A stretch of DNA of 64,000 nucleotides, taken from Polyangiaceae bacterium (GTDB lineage Bacteria > Myxococcota_A > Polyangia > Polyangiales > Polyangiaceae). Of this stretch, positions 58,741 to 64,000 are shown piece after piece. The translations under genes were made by a program, and so were the position numbers. The stretch lies in NCBI GenBank assembly GCA_033763455.1, contig JANRKO010000076.1, positions 18,836 to 82,835 on the forward strand, read 5' to 3'. Position 1 is the first letter of the stretch; each line of letters starts with the position of its first letter. Below the pieces are notes generated by a model that made no database searches, was not told the origin of the DNA, and saw only the letters and a program-made list of their open reading frames with translations.

Positions 58741-61700
58741 TCAGGTTCCGTTTTGGCCTGCAGGTAGCTGGCTGGCGATGTGACCGAGGGAGTTGAGTAG
58801 GAAGAGAGCAGGGCTCAGCTCCACACCCTTGTCGTGACGGATTCGAGCAATAACCTGAATGGAGAGCAGCGAATGCCCCCCGCGATCGAAGAAATTGTCC
58901 CCGATGCTAACATCCTCAATTCCCAGTATTTCGCGCCAAATGGCAGCCAAATAGCGTTCTTGGATTGTGCGCGGTGCAATGCTGCCGGCATCGTTGGGTG
59001 CAGCCACGGCGGTAGGTGGGGGTAACGCCATACGGTCCAGCTTTCCGGAAGGTGTCAACGGTAGCTGATCCAGAACGACAACATGCTGCACCACCATGTA
59101 GTCTGGCAACTGACGGCGCAGGTGCGCTCTTAGGTCCGTCACCGTGGGCGGGCGCTCGTGGCACGTGATGTAGGCGACCAAGCGGGCGTCTCCGGCTTGA
59201 GGCTGCCAAACGTTCACGAGACAATTCTTGATGGCCGGGTGCTCCGAAAGCACGCTCTCGATCTCAGCGAGCTCGATGCGAAAGCCACGGATCTTGACTT
59301 GCTGATCGAATCTTCCACCGAAGCGGAGTGCGCCATCGCGTTCTTGCCAGACACGATCCCCCGTTCGGTACATTCTGGCGCCCGGCTCGGACGAAAAAGG
59401 ATCTGCAACAAAGCGTTGCCGCGACAGCTCTTCTCGATGGAGGTAGCCCGCCGCTACTCCTGCGCCCGCAATGAACAGTTCGCCGGGTACTCCGTAGGGC
59501 ACGGGTTGGAACTCGGGGTCGAGTACGTAAAGCGTCGTGTTGTCGATGGGCTCCCCCAAGGTGATGGGGGAAGTAGCGCTAAGGCGAGCACAGGTGGACC
59601 AAACGGTGGTCTCGGTGGGGCCATACATGTTCCACACTTCCGAACAACGCTTGAGGAGTGGCTCGAGCAGGTCCAGCGGGAAAGGCTCACCGCCCGAAAG
59701 CGCGCGAAAATTAGGCGGAGGTTGCCACTCCGCAGCGAGCAATAGACGCCAGGTTGCTGGCGTTGCCTGCAGCAGTGTGGCACCACTTAGACCAAGCTGA
59801 CGGCCGAGCGCTGCCCCATCTCGCCCGACTTCTTCACTCACCAACTCGACGCGAGCGCCTACAGTGAGCGGCAGAAAAAGCTCTAGCACGGCGATGTCAA
59901 AGGAGAGCGTCGTCACCGCAGCAAGAACATCATCTGCTTTCAGGCCCGGCCGGCGCGCCATGCTCCCCAGGAAATTGACTACGTTTCGATGCTGAACCCG
60001 CACGCCTTTGGGCTTGCCGGTGGAGCCTGAAGTGTAAATCACATACGCCGTATCATCGAGTGAGCGGGTAAGATCCGGTACCGAGTTGGAGTCGCTCTGA
60101 AGGGCAGTGTAACCCTCATCCAAACACACCAACCACCCTGGAAGTGCGGGCAGCCGCTGCTGGACGCTTTGGGTCGTGACCACTCCAACGGGAGCTGCAT
60201 CTTGGACGATGTAGCTGAGCCGTTCCGAAGGATCCTGAGGGCTCAGCGGCAGGTAACCAGCACCCGTTTTCAGGATTGCCAAAAGCGTAACGAGGAGATC
60301 CAAGCTGCGCGGTACCGCGACGCCCACTAAACATCCACGCCCGGCTCCGCGCTGAATCAGGTGCTGGGCTAGATCATTCGCACGCTGCTCCAAGCCTCCG
60401 TAGCTCAGATAGGCACCCTCGAAGCTCACCGCAATTCGCGCCGGTGCGCGTTGTGCTTGAGACTCAAAAAGCTCATGAAAGCCGCCGATCTGCGGCAGGG
60501 CTACGACGGGCCCATGGTGGCGCCGCAAGAGTTGTTCTCGATCGGCGGGAGCGAGCCATGCGGTAGCCGCAACGCGATGATCGGGGTTTTGGATGAGGGC
60601 CGAGAGCAATCTAACGTAGCGCTGTCCCAGCTCGACGATCGTCCCTCGCTCGAACAAATCCGTAGCATATTCGAAAGCGACACTTAGGCCGCGCGAATTG
60701 CGGCTCAGCCAAACGCTGGCGTCCGTTCTCGACACTCCTGCGGAGATCGAACGACGCTCGCTCACTGAGAGTGGTGCTTCGGGGCGGTACGCTTGCTCGC
60801 CCGCATCTTCGAACGAGAACATCGTCTGGAAGATGGGTGTTCGCCGGAGGTCCCGAGCTGGCGCTACTGCTTCTACTAACTTCTCAAAAGGAACTTCCTG
60901 GTGTTCGAACGCCTCCAAACACACATCTCGCACATGCCGAAGCAGCGCCTTGAAGGCCCATTCGGGATCCAAGCGTAACCGTAGCGGGAGGGTATTTACG
61001 AACATGCCGATCAACGGCTCGGTTTCCTCGGGTGAGCGGTTGGCTACAGGAATTCCAACCACTATCTCTGAATCTCCAGTGGAACGCGCGAGGAGCGCTA
61101 CATACCCAGCAAGAAGTGTCATGAATAACGAAGCACGTTCCGCTCGCGCTAAGGCCTCAAACTGCTGCAACAGCGCGTTGGGCAACTCAAGGGTTACCAC
61201 ATCTCCCGCGCTGGAAAGGACTGCCGGCCGCGGAAAGTCGGAACGCAGCTCCAGGCTGGGCAAAGGCGGCGCTAACACACCCTTCCAATACGCAAGATCT
61301 GATTCAAGGTCAGTGCCCGACGGGTACAGGCGCTGCCAAGCTGCGTAGTCGGAGAATTGAAACGCTAGCTCGGGCAAGTCAGCGGGCTTGCCGGTAACTT
61401 CGGCGGCGTACAGCGCCAAAAGCTCGCGTTCGAACACGTTCTGGGACCAACCGTCCCAAATAATGTGGTGGACAACGAGCACCAAGAGGGATCGCTGCGG
61501 TTCGAGAAGGAATACGCGACAGCGCAGCAAGGGGTCCGTTTGTACGTCAAAAGGCAAAGCCACTTCGGCGCGCTCCGCGGCCTCGCATTGGTGCACAGCG
61601 TCCGGTACCCCGCGGAGATCGGTAACCTGAAGCTGCACGAGAGGTGTGTTCGAGATAAGCAGCTCCGGGCCTTCGGCTCCGAGCGGAAACCTCGCGCGCA

Positions 61701-62091
61701 GGACCTCGTGACGGTTCGCCAACGCTTTCAACGCCACTCCGAGCGCTCGTACGTCGAGAGCGCCCTGCAGTTCGAACTCGACCCCAATGGTGTGAAGGGG
61801 CGTCCCTGGTTCGAGCTTTTCGAGGTACCAGATCCGCTGCTGCGAGGAGGACAGGAGCGCTTTGGTACCCGCTGGTCGAGGGCAAATCGGAGGACGCCCG
61901 TCCCGTGAGTTCAGGAGCGCGATCAGTTCGGCTTTGTGGGTTCGGATCCGTTGACCCAGCTCGGGCGAGAGAACCCCCGGTCGCGCCTCACAGGCTAGGT
62001 TCTCACCTTGCACGCGGACCCGAACCTGCAGGGCTTGAAGGTCCGACAGGAGCGGCTCTAGCGAAGTTGTAACTACGTCCGAACCTCCCAT
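58741..62091 (-). CDS. NRPS: TubC-type N-terminal docking domain-C-A(Gly-like)-T, no TE
   Basis: LSDLQALQVRVRVQGENLACEARPGVL...HKAELIALL; HHIIWDG; FDIAVLEL/QATP/YGPTETTVW; GGHSL. Confidence 0.93.
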   Translation of the reverse strand: MGGSDVVTTSLEPLLSDLQALQVRVRVQGENLACEARPGVLSPELGQRIRTHKAELIALLNSRDGRPPICPRPAGTKALLSSSQQRIWYLEKLEPGTPLHTIGVEFELQGALDVRALGVALKALANRHEVLRARFPLGAEGPELLISNTPLVQLQVTDLRGVPDAVHQCEAAERAEVALPFDVQTDPLLRCRVFLLEPQRSLLVLVVHHIIWDGWSQNVFERELLALYAAEVTGKPADLPELAFQFSDYAAWQRLYPSGTDLESDLAYWKGVLAPPLPSLELRSDFPRPAVLSSAGDVVTLELPNALLQQFEALARAERASLFMTLLAGYVALLARSTGDSEIVVGIPVANRSPEETEPLIGMFVNTLPLRLRLDPEWAFKALLRHVRDVCLEAFEHQEVPFEKLVEAVAPARDLRRTPIFQTMFSFEDAGEQAYRPEAPLSVSERRSISAGVSRTDASVWLSRNSRGLSVAFEYATDLFERGTIVELGQRYVRLLSALIQNPDHRVAATAWLAPADREQLLRRHHGPVVALPQIGGFHELFESQAQRAPARIAVSFEGAYLSYGGLEQRANDLAQHLIQRGAGRGCLVGVAVPRSLDLLVTLLAILKTGAGYLPLSPQDPSERLSYIVQDAAPVGVVTTQSVQQRLPALPGWLVCLDEGYTALQSDSNSVPDLTRSLDDTAYVIYTSGSTGKPKGVRVQHRNVVNFLGSMARRPGLKADDVLAAVTTLSFDIAVLELFLPLTVGARVELVSEEVGRDGAALGRQLGLSGATLLQATPATWRLLLAAEWQPPPNFRALSGGEPFPLDLLEPLLKRCSEVWNMYGPTETTVWSTCARLSATSPITLGEPIDNTTLYVLDPEFQPVPYGVPGELFIAGAGVAAGYLHREELSRQRFVADPFSSEPGARMYRTGDRVWQERDGALRFGGRFDQQVKIRGFRIELAEIESVLSEHPAIKNCLVNVWQPQAGDARLVAYITCHERPPTVTDLRAHLRRQLPDYMVVQHVVVLDQLPLTPSGKLDRMALPPPTAVAAPNDAGSIAPRTIQERYLAAIWREILGIEDVSIGDNFFDRGGHSLLSIQVIARIRHDKGVELSPALFLLNSLGHIASQLPAGQNGT

Positions 62092-62214
62092 TGTCTGCTC
62101 TTTGCGAGCTAGCACGGATCCACGCGCCTGCGCACCCCTTTGGTATGTCCGTACGCGACCCGGGGCACGCGCTTATTTGGAGCTAGCAACGTGCGCCCGC
62201 CTCATCTACGAAAG

Positions 62215-63699
62215 ATGGGGCTCATCTTGCTAGCGCGGAAGATCTTCGGTGGGGCCCTATGGGTGGTCGGCTCGGGCCTGGTGGCCCGAGTGGTAGGGCT
62301 TTTCGGAACGCTGGCCATCACGCGTTTTCTTTCACCCGAGCAAATGGGGGAGGTGGGTGTCGCTGTCATCTTGACTACGACGGCCACCGAGCTCTCCAAC
62401 TTGGGTTTCGGGCAGTACGTCATTGCGAACGTGAAACGGGAGGCGCGTGCGTTTCATGTGACAATGTTCAACTTGGTGACCGCCGCAGTGGCACTGGTCA
62501 TTACCTGGGCGTTAGCGGGGACACTCGGGGTGGCTTTCGATGCCCCCGCCATGGTGCGGTTCATTCCCGGCATGGCGGTGGCGATGTTTTTCCACCGCCT
62601 CTCGTTGGTCCCAGAGTCAATCGTACTTCGTGATCTACGCTTCCGGGTCTTCTCCGTAGGCGCGGGGACGACGGACTTGATGTTCACGGTGACCTCACTC
62701 GGGTTGGCTACTCTCGGCTTCGGGGGCGGGGCCATCGTTATCGGGAATCTGGTACAGCACGGCGCCAGGCTGTTGTACTTTGCTGTCGCCGCCGGCTGGC
62801 GTGCTTGGCTTCAACCCGAGAAGCTGAGAGTGAGCGAAGCCCGAGAGATCTTGCGCTTCGGCTTGCCACTCGCAGTCAGCAATATTTCCGGCTTTGCGGC
62901 AGTGAAGTGGGATAACATGATCATGAGCCGGGCGTTTGGTCCGGGTGTGATGGGTACCTATGGCTTGGCCTACAATTTGGCCACCATCCCGGCGGATCAT
63001 GTCGGCACTGCCACGAGCGACGTGCTCATGCCGAGTTTCGCCAGTATGCCGGATGGGCAGGTGCAGCGTGCGTTCGTGCGCTCCATCAAGCTCCTGGCTC
63101 TTGTGGTCTTTCCACTCGCCACAGGGCTCGGAGCCATTTCCGGGACGCTCGTGGTGGCGCTCTTCAGAGCTGAGTGGCAAGGAGTCGCTCCGTTTCTGCT
63201 CATCTTGGGCATGCTCTCTTTGGCGAGCCCCATCGGGGATGCGATTCACGTCTATCTGTGTGCGCGGCGTCGGACGCGTGCAGCGATGGTCCTCTCGCTG
63301 TTCGGAACCGCCCTTCTGCTTTCGCTCGTAGCACTGGGTGCGCAGGTGAGCCCTGAGTGGGCAGCCGTTGGGGCAGGCCTGGGCGGGTGGTGCCATGCGG
63401 CTGCTGGTTTGGCGCTGGCCCAACGTTTGGATGCGGTCCCGGCGCGCGAAGCACTGCGCCAGCTCGTGCCGCCAGCGTTAGCTAGTGCTGTTATGGTCGG
63501 GGTGGTGTTCGGGGTGCGTGCCACGCTCACGGCGTTGGGGGGTCTGCCGAGCGTCGCACTTCTGGGCGTCGAGGTCCTCGCAGGGGCCTTGGCATACGTG
63601 ATAGCGGTGTTCGCGCTGGCCCCCGGCGCCAGCCGCGAGCTGTTGGGTCACCTCCGGAGCGCCCTTCGGCGCCGTGCGAAAGGGGCGGAGCAGGGGTAG
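62215..63699 (+). CDS. wzx: Wzx/PST-family polysaccharide flippase (paralog 2)
   Basis: RDLRFR, FGLP, WDN...FG...YGLAYNLA, VVFPLATGL, EWQG; clearly similar to 27339-28811. Confidence 0.9.
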   Translation: MGLILLARKIFGGALWVVGSGLVARVVGLFGTLAITRFLSPEQMGEVGVAVILTTTATELSNLGFGQYVIANVKREARAFHVTMFNLVTAAVALVITWALAGTLGVAFDAPAMVRFIPGMAVAMFFHRLSLVPESIVLRDLRFRVFSVGAGTTDLMFTVTSLGLATLGFGGGAIVIGNLVQHGARLLYFAVAAGWRAWLQPEKLRVSEAREILRFGLPLAVSNISGFAAVKWDNMIMSRAFGPGVMGTYGLAYNLATIPADHVGTATSDVLMPSFASMPDGQVQRAFVRSIKLLALVVFPLATGLGAISGTLVVALFRAEWQGVAPFLLILGMLSLASPIGDAIHVYLCARRRTRAAMVLSLFGTALLLSLVALGAQVSPEWAAVGAGLGGWCHAAAGLALAQRLDAVPAREALRQLVPPALASAVMVGVVFGVRATLTALGGLPSVALLGVEVLAGALAYVIAVFALAPGASRELLGHLRSALRRRAKGAEQG

Positions 63700-63849
63700 G
63701 GGCAGGCTATTCAGCTGCCGGGCTTTCGGCCGTCACGGGCTGGCTTTCGCTGCTTCAGTCGCTGATACCTTTCAATCTCTTAGTCATTAGCCCCCTGCGC
63801 AACGTCAGGTGTGAAAGGCTTGAAGGCATTCGATATGGACCAACCCGTG

Positions 63850-63950
63850 CCCTGATCCAGCGATAAGGCGCGGCCTTCATGTGTAAGTGATCGAAATTGC
63901 TCCATAGTTGTTGGTAGAGGGCGTCACCGAATTGGTTGGATGCCCTCCCC
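63850..63950 (+). repeat. conserved 101-bp non-coding element, copy 2
   Basis: Aligns without gaps to 28935-29035. Confidence 0.9.
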
Positions 63951-64000
63951 AGCTGCCGCTTGTTGCGGCAGCTTGCCCCTCGCCAAGCGCCTCCCTGTTC

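Overview
A GC-rich chromosomal segment that looks myxobacterial (Myxococcota, Polyangiaceae-like). This is inferred from DUF1592/DUF1552 gene pairs, FHA proteins, Gly/Pro-rich lipoproteins and a TubC-type docking domain. All family names come from recognised motifs; no searches were run. Positions 1-27 kb are a mixed region: two DUF1592+DUF1552 pairs around a LacI regulator with a clear operator, a signal peptidase I homolog lacking its catalytic Lys, pcnB, vapBC, coaX, an EntD/Sfp-type PPTase, a nitrilase-family amidase and several secreted lipoproteins. Positions 27.3-63.7 kb form a single surface-polysaccharide-type locus bracketed by two outward-facing Wzx flippase paralogs. It contains a nucleotide-sugar epimerase, a comA-comB sulfolactate cassette with ATP-grasp ligases, two polysaccharide deacetylases, a GT2-formyltransferase fusion and a set of genes resembling the exosortase-A/EPS-associated families (deacetylase, PLP decarboxylase, ACP, AMP-ligase, hydrolase 1/2). 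It also encodes a TE-less NRPS/PKS assembly line (A-T-KS-AT-ACP-AMT-C-A-T plus docking-C-A-T). The leading hypothesis is an undescribed system that builds a peptide-polyketide and sulfolactate and uses them to decorate a polysaccharide. A 101-bp non-coding element is duplicated at both ends of this locus. No rRNA, tRNA, CRISPR array or transposase was recognised.
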